Positions 9,400 to 18,867 of a DNA stretch of 64,000 nucleotides are shown piece after piece. Each line of letters starts with the position of its first letter. The first letter of the stretch is position 1. Location of the stretch: assembly GCA_050294405.1 (NCBI GenBank), contig JBNKOC010000011.1:41030-105029 (forward strand), written 5' to 3'. Origin of the DNA: Fibrobacteria bacterium (GTDB lineage: Bacteria > Fibrobacterota > Fibrobacteria > UBA11236 > JADFYW01). The position numbers and the translations under genes were made by a program. The notes beneath the pieces were generated by a model. That model did no database searches, was not told the DNA's origin, and was given only the letters and a program-made list of their open reading frames with translations.

Positions 9400-10440
9400 T
9401 TAAAACAAATTAGCTTGTAAATCCCCGTTTGCAGGCGGAGCTACTTCCAAATGTTGGTAGGCCCTAAGAGTGGGCACACGGCCGCGGGGCGTTCGTTTTA
9501 AAAGTCCCAGTTGAATAAGAAAAGGTTCGTAGACTTCTTCAATAGTTTCCACCTCTTCGCCCACAGCAGCGCCCAAAGTATTTAAACCCACCGGACGGCC
9601 CTCAAATTTATGGATAAGGGTTTTTAAAATGTTGAGATCCATTTCATCCAGGCCCAGGCTATCGATGCCTAACATTTCCAGAGTTTTTATGGCGATTTTT
9701 TGGGTGATAGTGCCATCTCCCTTAACCTGGGCCACATCCCGGCAACGGCGCAAAATTCGGTTGGCGATTCGGGGAGTTCCCCGGCAGCGGGAAGCCAATG
9801 TATCCAAAGCCTCCTCTTCTATGTTTGTATTTAATATGGATGCGGAGCGCTTAATAATTTTGCTCAAATCATTTTGCTGGTAATTGTCCAGGCGAAAATT
9901 AAGCCCAAATCGGTCCCGTAGGGGAGAGGTTAACATACCGCTTCTGGTGGTAGCCCCCACAAGGGTGAAGCGTTTTAAATCCAGACGAATGGAGCGGGCG
10001 GAGGGGCCCGATTCCAGCATAATATCAATTTTAAAATCCTCCATAGCGGGGTAGAGGTACTCCTCCACTACGCCGCGCAAGCGATGTATCTCATCAATAA
10101 ACAACACATCCCGGGGCCCAAGGTTCGTCAAAAGCGAGGCTAAATCCGAAGGCTTTTCTAATGTGGGCCCAGAGGTTACGGTTAAATTACTGCCCATATG
10201 CTTGGCGATAATATTGGCCAAGGTGGTTTTACCCAAACCCGGAGGCCCGGAAAACAATACATGGTCTAAGGCCTCGGCGCGTTGGTTAGCGGCATCCAGA
10301 TAAATATTGAGGCTTTCTTTTAGCTTTTTTTGCCCCACAAACTCATCCAGGTTTTGCGGGCGCAGGCTTATTTCCTGCTCCGCATCATCGCCCAATTGGT
10401 CGGGACTGATTACTCTATCTTCTAAATTGTCATCGTACAT
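9400..10440 (-). CDS. ruvB: Holliday junction branch-migration helicase RuvB
   Basis: [34 protein letters not shown]. Confidence 0.98.
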   Translation of the reverse strand: MYDDNLEDRVISPDQLGDDAEQEISLRPQNLDEFVGQKKLKESLNIYLDAANQRAEALDHVLFSGPPGLGKTTLANIIAKHMGSNLTVTSGPTLEKPSDLASLLTNLGPRDVLFIDEIHRLRGVVEEYLYPAMEDFKIDIMLESGPSARSIRLDLKRFTLVGATTRSGMLTSPLRDRFGLNFRLDNYQQNDLSKIIKRSASILNTNIEEEALDTLASRCRGTPRIANRILRRCRDVAQVKGDGTITQKIAIKTLEMLGIDSLGLDEMDLNILKTLIHKFEGRPVGLNTLGAAVGEEVETIEEVYEPFLIQLGLLKRTPRGRVPTLRAYQHLEVAPPANGDLQANLF

Positions 10441-10444
10441 ATTT

Positions 10445-11041
10445 CTAAACTAGCTTTAGAGCTGTGGAAATCAACTCCGAAGAAGTGCTGTCGGCTCCCA
10501 ATTTGTCCACGGCCTTTTGAACAGCCATTTGGGCTTGTTTTTCTTTAACTCCTAAAGCCATCAGAGCCTGTATGGCATCGCTCACATTGTCATTTGCTAA
10601 AGGAACCGAGGTTCCGGCTGCGCTTGTTTTCCATTCCAACTTGGATAAAGGGCCTTTTAAGCTGGCTATCATCACCTCGGCGGTTTTTTTACCAATTCCC
10701 TTTAAAGATGTAAGACGCTGGACCTGGCCATTTACTATAAAATCCACCAATTCCTGCGGAGAGACTTCAGATAGAATTCGAAGGGCTACTCTGGGGCCTA
10801 TACCACTTACGCTTATTAGTTTTAAAAATACCTGCCGCTCCGATTCTTCAATAAAACCGAAAAGTTCCAGGGCATCCTCCCTTACATTCAGATAGGTGTT
10901 GATGCGTTGCGTGGACTCGCCAATTTCAAGGGCGGCCGAAGTGCGCAAAGACACATCCACTCCATAACCCACTCCGCCCACATCTAAAACCAGATGGGTG
11001 GCGCTTTTAGAAATGATTTTGCCCTGTAAACTTTCAATCAT
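10445..11041 (-). CDS. ruvA: Holliday junction branch-migration protein RuvA
   Basis: [24 protein letters not shown] and KGIGKKTA HhH motifs. Confidence 0.97.
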   Translation of the reverse strand: MIESLQGKIISKSATHLVLDVGGVGYGVDVSLRTSAALEIGESTQRINTYLNVREDALELFGFIEESERQVFLKLISVSGIGPRVALRILSEVSPQELVDFIVNGQVQRLTSLKGIGKKTAEVMIASLKGPLSKLEWKTSAAGTSVPLANDNVSDAIQALMALGVKEKQAQMAVQKAVDKLGADSTSSELISTALKLV

Positions 11042-11092
11042 GGCCTAAAATGTAATTTGTTTTACGGGGTATGGGCGTGGGCACCCTTGCTT

Positions 11093-11569
11093 TTATCTTG
11101 CTCCTTGACGGAGAAGATGGCAGTAGGCTACTGCCAGAGCATCTGCCGCATCAGACGGTTTGGGAGCTTCTTTAAGCATTAAAACCTTTTGGACCATTTT
11201 ACTCACCTGACTTTTGCTGGCGCTTCCCAATCCCACCACAGACTTTTTTACTACCCTGGCTTCGTACTCGAACACTGGAACCTTTTCATTAAAAGCGGCC
11301 GTCATAAGGCAACCTCTAACATGTCCCAATATCAAGGCGGCGTTGGGGTACTCAGCCACAAATGCTTTTTCCAGTGAAAGGGCATCTGGCTGGTACTGCT
11401 GTAAAAGGCGGCTTATTTTACTGTAAATTTCTCCCAGCCTATCCGGTAGGGGAGTCTTTGGTTTTAAACGCACCACCCCGTATTCCAGTACCCGAATTCG
11501 CTGCTGGTGCCAGCGCAAAAAAGCGTAACCAGTGACATTGGATCCCGGATCTATGCCAACTACAATCAA
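11093..11569 (-). CDS. ruvC: Crossover junction endodeoxyribonuclease RuvC
   Basis: GIDPG, LEKAF, DAADALAVA. Confidence 0.96.
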   Translation of the reverse strand: MIVVGIDPGSNVTGYAFLRWHQQRIRVLEYGVVRLKPKTPLPDRLGEIYSKISRLLQQYQPDALSLEKAFVAEYPNAALILGHVRGCLMTAAFNEKVPVFEYEARVVKKSVVGLGSASKSQVSKMVQKVLMLKEAPKPSDAADALAVAYCHLLRQGAR

Positions 11570-11688
11570 AAAATGGTCCTTTCGCCCTTATGCTTCGTTA
11601 TGCTCATCCTCCACATCCTCACTTATAGGAAATAAGCTCCGGTGTGTCGACTTCCCACGTCTCGCCTAAGGCCAAAATGCCTCATTTT
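11570..11688. repeat. ERIC-like / MITE-like imperfect palindromic element between yebC and ruvC
   Basis: Imperfect terminal IRs (AAAATGGTCCTTTCGCCCTTATGC / GCCTAAGGCCAAAATGCCTCATTTT); central CACTTAT-aggaa-ATAAGCTCC resembles the ERIC core. Confidence 0.55.
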
Positions 11689-11716
11689 TAACAGACGCTT
11701 TTGCCTGACAGAAAAA

Positions 11717-12460
11717 TTATTCCTCTTCCAGATCCGCATCGGAAAATTCGGCGTTGGTGGACACGTTTTGCACGTCGTCATTTTCGTCCAAAGCATCTAA
11801 AAGTTTAAGAGCGGATTTGGCCACATCGCCGGTTACCTGGGTTTTGGTGTCTGCAATCTTGGTGACTTCGCTGGAACTTGGAGTTAAATTATTTTTTTCA
11901 AGAACTTCCATAACTTCTTGAAAATCATTAGGTTCCATTGAAAGTTCGTATTCTTCTTCGCCGGTTTGGATATCTTCTACACCAGCATCAATAACTAGCT
12001 CCATCAGTTTTTCTTCATCAATTAATTCCTTGGGAATAGTGATTATTCCCTTGGATTTGAACATCCAGGCCACCGAACCGGTTTCGCCCATGTTGCCCCC
12101 GTGCCTTGAAAAAATGTGCCGGATATCGGCTACTGTGCGAACCTTGTTGTCTGTTAGGCAATCCACCATAATGGAAATGCCCCCTGGCCCATAGCCCTCG
12201 TAGGTGGGTTCGGTGTAATTTACATCGCTGAGTTCATTGGCGCCTTTGGCAATGGCTGTGTCGATGTTTTTGTTGGGCATGTTGGCAGCTTTGGCTTTGA
12301 GTACTGCGGTGCGCAAGCGTGGGTTGGCCTCCTGGTCTGATCCGCCCATCTTAGCCGCCACGGTGATTTCGCGGATTAGGCGGTTGAATACCTTAGCTCT
12401 GGCTGAATCGATTTTAGCTTTTTTGCGTTTGGTGGTAGCCCACTTGGAATGCCCTGACAT
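11717..12460 (-). CDS. yebC: YebC/PmpR (TACO1) family protein
   Basis: MSGHSKWATTKRKK, NPRLR, YEGYGPGG, LTDN, DDVQNV. Confidence 0.96.
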   Translation of the reverse strand: MSGHSKWATTKRKKAKIDSARAKVFNRLIREITVAAKMGGSDQEANPRLRTAVLKAKAANMPNKNIDTAIAKGANELSDVNYTEPTYEGYGPGGISIMVDCLTDNKVRTVADIRHIFSRHGGNMGETGSVAWMFKSKGIITIPKELIDEEKLMELVIDAGVEDIQTGEEEYELSMEPNDFQEVMEVLEKNNLTPSSSEVTKIADTKTQVTGDVAKSALKLLDALDENDDVQNVSTNAEFSDADLEEE

Positions 12461-12703
12461 AGATAAAAACCCTCGAAAAGTGAATCGTAAAATTGGAAAT
12501 ATAAATTATGAAATTCGGATGGATATATAAATAAGTTAGCCTGTTTTTGACAAATTCTCAGGCTAATTTCCCTTTATTTTTGCCTGCCTAAATTTGATTG
12601 GTCCCTCTATAGCCCCTGTGTTTTTATCTTCCTGCAAGTGGTCAGTGGAATAAAATTTTTTTTTGTGAATTCAAATCAATTCAAATTGATAGGGCTCATA
12701 ATG

Positions 12704-12816
12704 CCCACCGGAAAAGTCTGCAGAATTCTCAGATCGGGTTAAAGATGCAAGTTGAAAATGAAGCTAAGATTTAAGCAGCTTTAAAGGTTCTTCGAATTGC
12801 AGCCTTCATGGCTGGG
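12704..12816. repeat. Bulged palindromic repeat, copy 1 of 3
   Basis: CCCACCGGAAAAGTCTGCAGAATTC...GCAGCTTTAAAGGTTC..GAATTGCAGCC..GGCTGGG; aligns with 13569 and 14357. Confidence 0.9.
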
Positions 12817-12819
12817 GGA

Positions 12820-13446
12820 TTAATCCTTATTGCCGTTTGAAAGTGAGAAATCATCGTTTGTGTATAGGCCGACTTTTTCACTTTTTTGAATAACATTCTT
12901 TGCAAAATCCCAAAGTTCTTTGGAGGCATCTTCAATGTGCTTCTTTTTTTCAATTACCTGCGACGTTTTTACTTTGTGTTCGAAATATTTTTTGTTTTGA
13001 GTTAATAAATGATTCATTAGGGGTTGAAGTGAATCAATTGACCGAGCGTATTTCGCTTTGGGTGAGACCATTTCTTCGAATTCTTCCCATAAATGAAGCA
13101 GTTCATTTCCAATAATTTCAGGAAGTAAACCAAAAATTCTTTTGGCGGCCTTTGCTTCAAGCACTGCTTTTGATTTGTTTGACTCATTGTCATAAAGAAA
13201 TGTGTCTCCAACATCTACTTCCACAATGTCGTGAATAAGGAGCATTTTGATCACTTTAACTAAATCGATTGTTTTATCATTCGAAAAATCAAAAAGAATT
13301 ATAGCCATGATTGCAATGTGCCAGGAGTGTTCGGCGCTATTTTCATTTCTTGAATTACCTAGAACCGAGTTTTGCCGATAGGTAATCTTGAGTTTTTCAA
13401 TTTCGTTTATAAAATTAACGCATTTCAAAAGTTTTTTCGAAATCAT
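12820..13446 (-). CDS. HD domain phosphohydrolase (HD_3 / 5'-deoxynucleotidase-like)
   Basis: RNENSAEHSWH, LIHDIVEVDVGDT, LWEEFE, DSLQP. Confidence 0.9.
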   Translation of the reverse strand: MISKKLLKCVNFINEIEKLKITYRQNSVLGNSRNENSAEHSWHIAIMAIILFDFSNDKTIDLVKVIKMLLIHDIVEVDVGDTFLYDNESNKSKAVLEAKAAKRIFGLLPEIIGNELLHLWEEFEEMVSPKAKYARSIDSLQPLMNHLLTQNKKYFEHKVKTSQVIEKKKHIEDASKELWDFAKNVIQKSEKVGLYTNDDFSLSNGNKD

Positions 13447-13568
13447 AAGTTTCCTCTCGAAGCCTCAATAAAGCATTTTTCTAAACTATCGACAAACAAT
13501 GGTGTTTGTGGATATAAACTTTCCCAGTCTTGATCCATAAAAAAATTACCAAGGAATCCTTTGTGTCA

Positions 13569-13682
13569 TCCACCCGAAAAGTCTGCAGAATTCTCAGAAC
13601 TGGTTAAAGCTGCATAGTGAAAATGAAATTAAGATTTAAGCAGCTTTAAAGGTTCCTCTAATTTGCAGTCTTTTTGGATGGG
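13569..13682. repeat. Bulged palindromic repeat, copy 2 of 3
   Basis: TCCACCCGAAAAGTCTGCAGAATTC..TTAAAGCTGC..GCAGCTTTAA..TGCAGTCTTTTTGGATGGG. Confidence 0.9.
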
Positions 13683-13842
13683 AAGGGAAATCTAATTTAG
13701 GGAAGCCCCTCAGCAACCTTGATTTATTTTTACCCGTTTATCGTTTAAAAACATTTATTCCCTAAAATAGAACTTCGCTCCTGGGTCTATTAAAAGTAAA
13801 TTTCGGTGGAGAAGAAATTGGCCACCCTTACAGGAGACAGTC

Positions 13843-14304
13843 ATGAATAAAGTGACACCTTTTCTCATGTTCAACGATCAACTCGAAGCGGCGATAAAAT
13901 TCTACACCTCAACCTTTCCGAACTCCAAAGTACGCAATGTTGCCCGCTCAGGCAAGGATGGTCCTATCAACTCCGCAGAGTTCGTTGTTGGCGGTCAGGT
14001 CTTCATGGGGTACAATGGAGGGCCGTACTTCAGTTTCTCTGAGGGGGTCTCGTTTTACGTGGACTGCGCAGACCAAGATGAAGTGGATGAATACTGGGAC
14101 AAATTCTTGAAGGCAGGAGCGAATCCCACGCAATGTGGATGGATCAAAGATCCCTTTGGGCTCTCCTGGCAAATTGTCCCGAGACGATTCACCGAGTTGA
14201 TCGCTGACAAAGACTCCAGGAAGGTGAAGGCCGTGATGGAAGCCATGATGACCATGGTGAAGCTAGACGTCGCTGAACTGGAGAAGGCCTACAATGAGGC
14301 TTAA
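13843..14304 (+). CDS. VOC / PhnB-like (3-demethylubiquinone-9 3-methyltransferase-like) family protein
   Basis: KVTPFLMF, YNGGPYFSFSEGVSF, DQDEVDEYW, CGWIKDPFGLSWQIVP; visibly GC-richer than its neighbours. Confidence 0.92.
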   Translation: MNKVTPFLMFNDQLEAAIKFYTSTFPNSKVRNVARSGKDGPINSAEFVVGGQVFMGYNGGPYFSFSEGVSFYVDCADQDEVDEYWDKFLKAGANPTQCGWIKDPFGLSWQIVPRRFTELIADKDSRKVKAVMEAMMTMVKLDVAELEKAYNEA

Positions 14305-14356
14305 CTGTAATCTTTTATAACCTTTTGTGCCTTCCCATCCCAAAAATTTAAGAAAC

Positions 14357-14470
14357 CCCACCCGAAAAGCCTACAGAATTCTCAAAACTGGTTAAACCTG
14401 CATGGTGAAGTGGAGTTTAGGATTTATGCAGCTTTAAAGGTTCCTCGAATTTGCAGCCTTCCCGGGTGGG
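14357..14470. repeat. Bulged palindromic repeat, copy 3 of 3
   Basis: CCCACCCGAAAAG..AGAATTC..TGCAT..ATGCAGCTTTAAAGGTTCCTCGAATTTGCAGCCTTCCCGGGTGGG. Confidence 0.9.
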
Positions 14471-14532
14471 GAAATCAGGCTGGAAGAAAACTGTTAGAGG
14501 TCTCAGTTTATGTTTGCGTGGTATAGGGCTAA

Positions 14533-14925
14533 TTGAGTGTTGGTCAGGAGGAAACTCTTAAGCTTTTAATGAGACCTGCGTGGAGTATACTATTGGAATT
14601 CAAATGCTTGGACGGTTGTTTGCGATCATATATAGGGTTGTCTGGACTGCGGATTGAAATGGAAATTATTTTTCAAAACTTATTGAGGGGATGGAATATT
14701 AAATCAGATAAATATGAATCGCCGACACGCATTCTCAGAAAATTATATGAGGTACATGCTATTACTTCACAGCAGTACGAGTTGGCAGCTCAAGTATTAA
14801 GGTTATGTAACAAAGCCGTTCATGGGGAACTTGTTTCCAGGAATGATGCGCTCAGGGTTCTGGAAGTTTCAGTAACTTTGGTTGAGCAATATATTTCTTG
14901 GCTAAGTTGGGGGTTTAAAGACTAA
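14533..14925 (+). pseudogene. Probable 5'-truncated gene, DUF4145/HEPN-like C-terminal domain
   Basis: GLRIEME..LRKLY..AIT..LRLCNKAVHG resembles the HEPN-like RNxxxH region; weak TTG start and no clear RBS. Confidence 0.4.
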
Positions 14926-15046
14926 TAATACAGCTTCAATAAATTAGAAGTCAGATCCATGGCGCAGTGTAACATCGTAATAACTCCAACTCTTCCCGCA
15001 GCAAGATAAAAAGCAAGTGTAAGAACAATAAGGAATTATAATAAAC

Positions 15047-16618
15047 TTAATTAGGCGAATTTTCTTTAAAATAACTTTCAATAGATAAGCTAAGTCTTTG
15101 TGCTATATCATCTTGTCCCTTTTTTGAGGCCATGTATTTGCGATCCTGGGAGTTGGTGATAAAGCCCATTTCAAAAAGCACGGCTGGCATAAAGGTACCC
15201 ACTAGCACAAAAAAACCAGCCTGGTGCGCGCCGGTTCTATGCTTGCGGATTTTGCCTCCGTCAAAGTGATTCACAATGGATTCGGCCAGCTTTTCGCTTT
15301 GGTGAGAATAGAGGTTGAGCTCGTGTTCCAGTAATATCCATTCCACCGCCGAGATTTCCGTTTTCTTGCTTTTGTCGGTGCTGGTTTTTATAGCTTGGTT
15401 CTCCCGGCGGGCCAGGGCCTTGTCTTCGTCGCTTTCGCCAGCTCTTAAGATGTATGCCACAAATCCCTTAATGGTTTCCAGCTTTTTGGGGCTGCCGTCA
15501 ATGGCGTTGCAGTGGAGGGATATAAACAAGTCACCTCCGTTTTTAGTGGCAAACTGAGGCCGCTCTGCCAGGGTTAGGTACTTGTCCTTTTCACGGGTGA
15601 GCAAAACCTTGTAGCCCATTTTCTCTAGTTTCTTTTTCAGCTTTTTGCCGATTTGCAAAGTGATGGTTTTTTCGTTGTGCCTGGAATGTTGGGCGCCGGG
15701 ATCTTTGCCACCATGGCCAGGGTCGATAATAATTGTTTTTTTGGCCTTTTGATCGGGGGGAGATTTATCCTTAAAGGCATCGCTGATATTTTCCACTTTT
15801 TTACGAATCAACAGTGACAATGAACTGGACCCTTTTTCACTGATTACCTCCACCGTATCTACAGGTCGGGGAATGTACAAGGTAACCTGGGCCACGCTGT
15901 CTTCCTGGATAGTGCTGATTTTTTCAACCAAATTGCCCTTGTATTGGGTGGGGGTAAGGAGCTCCCGGTTTAGTCGTCCCTTTTTAAAATTGAGAATGTA
16001 ATGGGGAGGCACCCAAAGGCTTTGAAACTCAAGGGGTTCCAAAAGGTGTATGTCGACCAACGAGCCGTTTTCCCGGGATTCGTGATGGATACTCAAAATG
16101 TTTCCGGTACCGATTTCAAACACAATGGTGGCGGCGCTTTGATCGTAGCGAATCTGATAATGCAGGTTAGTGGACAGCACTTGCAGGAGCGGTTGGATGG
16201 GCAAATAAATATCCGAAGCACTGCGGAAAATGGGGTAGGTTAGGTTGAATATTTCATCGCCGGTGGCGATAAAACTTCCGTCCACCACCAGTTTCCAGAT
16301 ATCGCCCTTGGGGCCAGGAATGGCGAAAATTTGTTCCAGCGGGCTGTAGTGTCCTTCTTTTTTAAAGGCAAACTCCAGCAATTTGTGGGATACATAGGCA
16401 ATTTCTCCCAGGCTGGAATCGGGAATACTTTCTTCGCCAATAACATGCTTGGCACTTATCATTTTTAGATTCAAAGCGGGAGATGGTGTAAAAAATACAC
16501 TAAGTAGTAAGCAAAGGAAGCTTAAGCTGCGAAAGGAAATTCCCGGAAAAAAGCTTATGCCTTCATTGGAAAACCCGGAGAAAAAGCTGCGACCCAATTT
16601 TTTCTGCGCAGTCTTCAT
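15047..16618 (-). CDS. N-acetylmuramoyl-L-alanine amidase (Amidase_3) with N-terminal periplasmic domains
   Basis: IIIDPGHGGKDPGA, EK..TL, FISLHCNA, MPAVLFEMGFITN. Confidence 0.93.
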   Translation of the reverse strand: MKTAQKKLGRSFFSGFSNEGISFFPGISFRSLSFLCLLLSVFFTPSPALNLKMISAKHVIGEESIPDSSLGEIAYVSHKLLEFAFKKEGHYSPLEQIFAIPGPKGDIWKLVVDGSFIATGDEIFNLTYPIFRSASDIYLPIQPLLQVLSTNLHYQIRYDQSAATIVFEIGTGNILSIHHESRENGSLVDIHLLEPLEFQSLWVPPHYILNFKKGRLNRELLTPTQYKGNLVEKISTIQEDSVAQVTLYIPRPVDTVEVISEKGSSSLSLLIRKKVENISDAFKDKSPPDQKAKKTIIIDPGHGGKDPGAQHSRHNEKTITLQIGKKLKKKLEKMGYKVLLTREKDKYLTLAERPQFATKNGGDLFISLHCNAIDGSPKKLETIKGFVAYILRAGESDEDKALARRENQAIKTSTDKSKKTEISAVEWILLEHELNLYSHQSEKLAESIVNHFDGGKIRKHRTGAHQAGFFVLVGTFMPAVLFEMGFITNSQDRKYMASKKGQDDIAQRLSLSIESYFKENSPN

Positions 16619-17070
16619 TACATGCGGCCTTGTTTCATAACTCTGTCGATTTGCCTTTTGGCTTCGGCATTGGTTTTATCCTGCCGTTTGTCGCCCTTGC
16701 TTTTTCCTTTGGCGATGGCGATTTCCACTTTGGCCCAGCGTCCTTTAAGGTAAATTTTTGTGGGCACCAGGGTTTGGCCCAAGCGCTCAATGGCCATTTG
16801 CATTTTGTGAAGTTCTTTGGGGTGCACCAGCAGCTTGCGCTCCCGCCCCGGACTGTGGTTAAAACGGTTGCCCATTTCGTACTCCTCAATATGGGCATTT
16901 AGCAAATACAGCTCGCCCTTTTTATTGATGTGGCCGTAAGCCTCATTAATCACCACCTTGCCCGCCCGCAGGGATTTAATCTCCGTACCTGTTAACACCA
17001 GGCCGCATTCGAAAAACTGCAGCAACTGGTAATTAAATTTGGCCTTCCGATTGTTGACAATCACCTGCAT
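16618..17070 (-). CDS. smpB: SsrA-binding protein SmpB
   Basis: NRKAKFNY, GLVLTGTEIKSLR, RKLL, KGK..DKR. Confidence 0.97.
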   Translation of the reverse strand: MQVIVNNRKAKFNYQLLQFFECGLVLTGTEIKSLRAGKVVINEAYGHINKKGELYLLNAHIEEYEMGNRFNHSPGRERKLLVHPKELHKMQMAIERLGQTLVPTKIYLKGRWAKVEIAIAKGKSKGDKRQDKTNAEAKRQIDRVMKQGRM

Positions 17071-17230
17071 GCCCAGCAAGATACAATTTTTTTTGATTTT
17101 TTGGGGGGCAGTAAATAGGGCAACGGTATCGTATTTCCTCTTGGAAATTGGGGCTGTGTGGATTCAGTACAGCCCCTTGAGAATTTCAGCCCGGCATTTC
17201 ATGGGTCCTACCCGAAAAAACTCAGGCTCA

Positions 17231-17956
17231 TTAACCCCAGGGACACTTTTTACAATTGGAGTAACCCCCCTTTCCTTTTCCTCTTTTGGGACCATGGGAA
17301 TTCATCTTTTGTTTTTGTTCTTCTGTGAGAATGTTATTAAGGCTGGCTATAAAGTTTTGCCTTGAGTTTATCATGGCAGCCTTGTGGCTTTCTCTGCTGT
17401 CGGCGCTTTTTTTGATATCCAATTTGTCCTGCATAGACTTTTGTAAAATCGGTTTTATTTGCTCCAGCTGTTCACTGCTTAAACCCAGATGCTCCTGCAT
17501 ACGGTTTAGCCTTTGCTCTACCAATACATCAGGGATAATGCCGGATTCAAGACTGGAATAAATTTCCTCGGCAAGTTGTTTCTGATCCTCGGTTAAAATA
17601 GGCTTTAAGTTTTGATACATAGATTCCATATGGGCCTTTTTGGCACTTTGAATTTCCTCAAAACCGGCTCCGGAAGTTTTGAGGCTTCGCATTTCTTCCC
17701 GGAACTCCTGGCGGTCGGGTAGGGCGGTCTGAAGCTTTTCCTTTTGCTCATCTGTGAGATTGAGAACATCAAAAGCCAGCATGCCATGTCCGGGGTGGCC
17801 CATAAATGCTCCGGGACTATCTTCCGCTACAAAGGCGGCTTCTTTAGCCAGTCCGTTTCTGTTTTCCATGCCGTTTACTTGTTCGGATTTGAGACAGCCG
17901 TTGAATAATAACATCAGAGAGAATGTAACTCCCGGAATCGTGATTTTGTGTTTCAT
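17231..17956 (-). CDS. Spy/CpxP-like (LTxxQ) periplasmic lipoprotein
   Basis: Lipobox LFNGC; four LTxxQ-type motifs (LTDEQ, LTEDQ, LSSEQ, LTEEQ). Confidence 0.75.
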   Translation of the reverse strand: MKHKITIPGVTFSLMLLFNGCLKSEQVNGMENRNGLAKEAAFVAEDSPGAFMGHPGHGMLAFDVLNLTDEQKEKLQTALPDRQEFREEMRSLKTSGAGFEEIQSAKKAHMESMYQNLKPILTEDQKQLAEEIYSSLESGIIPDVLVEQRLNRMQEHLGLSSEQLEQIKPILQKSMQDKLDIKKSADSRESHKAAMINSRQNFIASLNNILTEEQKQKMNSHGPKRGKGKGGYSNCKKCPWG

Positions 17957-18002
17957 AATTTTTTCCTCCGTTGAGGTTGAGGGGTGAATAACATGTTTAT
18001 TG

Positions 18003-18031
18003 TTAGACTCCCGGCGGAAAAAATTTATTCC
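18003..18031 (-). promoter_or_regulatory. ECF sigma promoter of the Spy-like gene
   Basis: GGAATA-N17-GTCTAA, identical motif and spacing to 19452-19480. Confidence 0.75.
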
Positions 18032-18082
18032 GATTTTTTTTTGGAACTTATAAAAACGGAATGTCTCTTCACGGGTTCAAAT

Positions 18083-18538
18083 CTACGGCCCGAATCTTTC
18101 CGAGTCCCCGCCCGGAGGGTGTTTAAAAAAATGCCTCATCCCGCGGCGGTGGGGCATGGATTTAAAAAACTCATCCAGCTTGCCCGCTTGTTCCTCATTT
18201 AAAAGGGGAATAATTTTTTCCCTTTGTTCCTGCATCAGGGAAAAGACGCTGTCACGGGATGTGTTGATAATAAGGTGGATTTTTTGGAAGGCCTCCGCTA
18301 AAATGGGTTCTATTTCTTTTTGCTGGGCTTCATTTAAATTCAGCTGCCGTGTCATGCGGTTTAAAATTTTCTGAGGATTTGGTCCTCTCTGTCCATGTTG
18401 TCTCCCTTCGAAACCGTGTCCATTAGCTGAATAGGAATAGGCTTTCTTTAAAACCAAGGTTGTGGACAGCGTGCCGATGAGAACCCCTATTCCCAGGGTC
18501 CCTACAATAATAAGCCAGGACTTAAATCGAATGTTCAA
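18083..18538 (-). CDS. Membrane-anchored Spy/CpxP-like or heavy-metal-sensor-like periplasmic protein
   Basis: N-terminal TM; LNLNEAQ and LNEEQ motifs; third gene of the ECF operon. Confidence 0.65.
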   Translation of the reverse strand: MNIRFKSWLIIVGTLGIGVLIGTLSTTLVLKKAYSYSANGHGFEGRQHGQRGPNPQKILNRMTRQLNLNEAQQKEIEPILAEAFQKIHLIINTSRDSVFSLMQEQREKIIPLLNEEQAGKLDEFFKSMPHRRGMRHFFKHPPGGDSERFGP

Positions 18539-18867
18539 AATACCACCTCGTAGATTTGATTGGAAACTCCATCGGCAAGATCGCTGACAGAATAGAAATT
18601 TTCAGGTTCCCCGGAAGCGCTGTGGGTCTTCTTTCCTATGGGGGATAAGTTGATGGCAATCAACACAATTATCAAAGCGGCTCCGGCAAAGCTCACCCGC
18701 TTAAATACCCAGAACAACGATGTCCAATAGCCCTCCTCTTCATGGGATATGGGGTTCCAATCGGGTAAATGTTCCAACACTCTTTCAGAAAACCCCTGAG
18801 AGAAGCCTTTGCTTTCCATTTTAGCAAATGCCCTCAGTTTTTTTTCCATGTCATCCATACACGCCAA
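18535..18867 (-). CDS. Putative single-pass anti-sigma factor
   Basis: Overlaps the sigma gene end; FSQGFSERVLEHL then one TM helix. Confidence 0.65.
   Translation of the reverse strand: MACMDDMEKKLRAFAKMESKGFSQGFSERVLEHLPDWNPISHEEEGYWTSLFWVFKRVSFAGAALIIVLIAINLSPIGKKTHSASGEPENFYSVSDLADGVSNQIYEVVF

Noticed and set aside
11042..12700. LexA boxes upstream of ruvA, ruvC or yebC
   Set aside because: No convincing TGCNC-N4-GTGCA match seen by eye
12704..14470. Integron attC array
   Set aside because: The repeats lack terminal RYYYAAC/GTTRRRY boxes (the internal GTTAAA/TTTAA are in the wrong order), the cargo genes are in opposite orientations and there is no intI
12704..14470. CRISPR array
   Set aside because: Repeats are ~114 bp and intervals are 670-750 bp containing genes; no cas genes
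17080..17230. tmRNA next to smpB
   Set aside because: Too short and no tRNA-like ends
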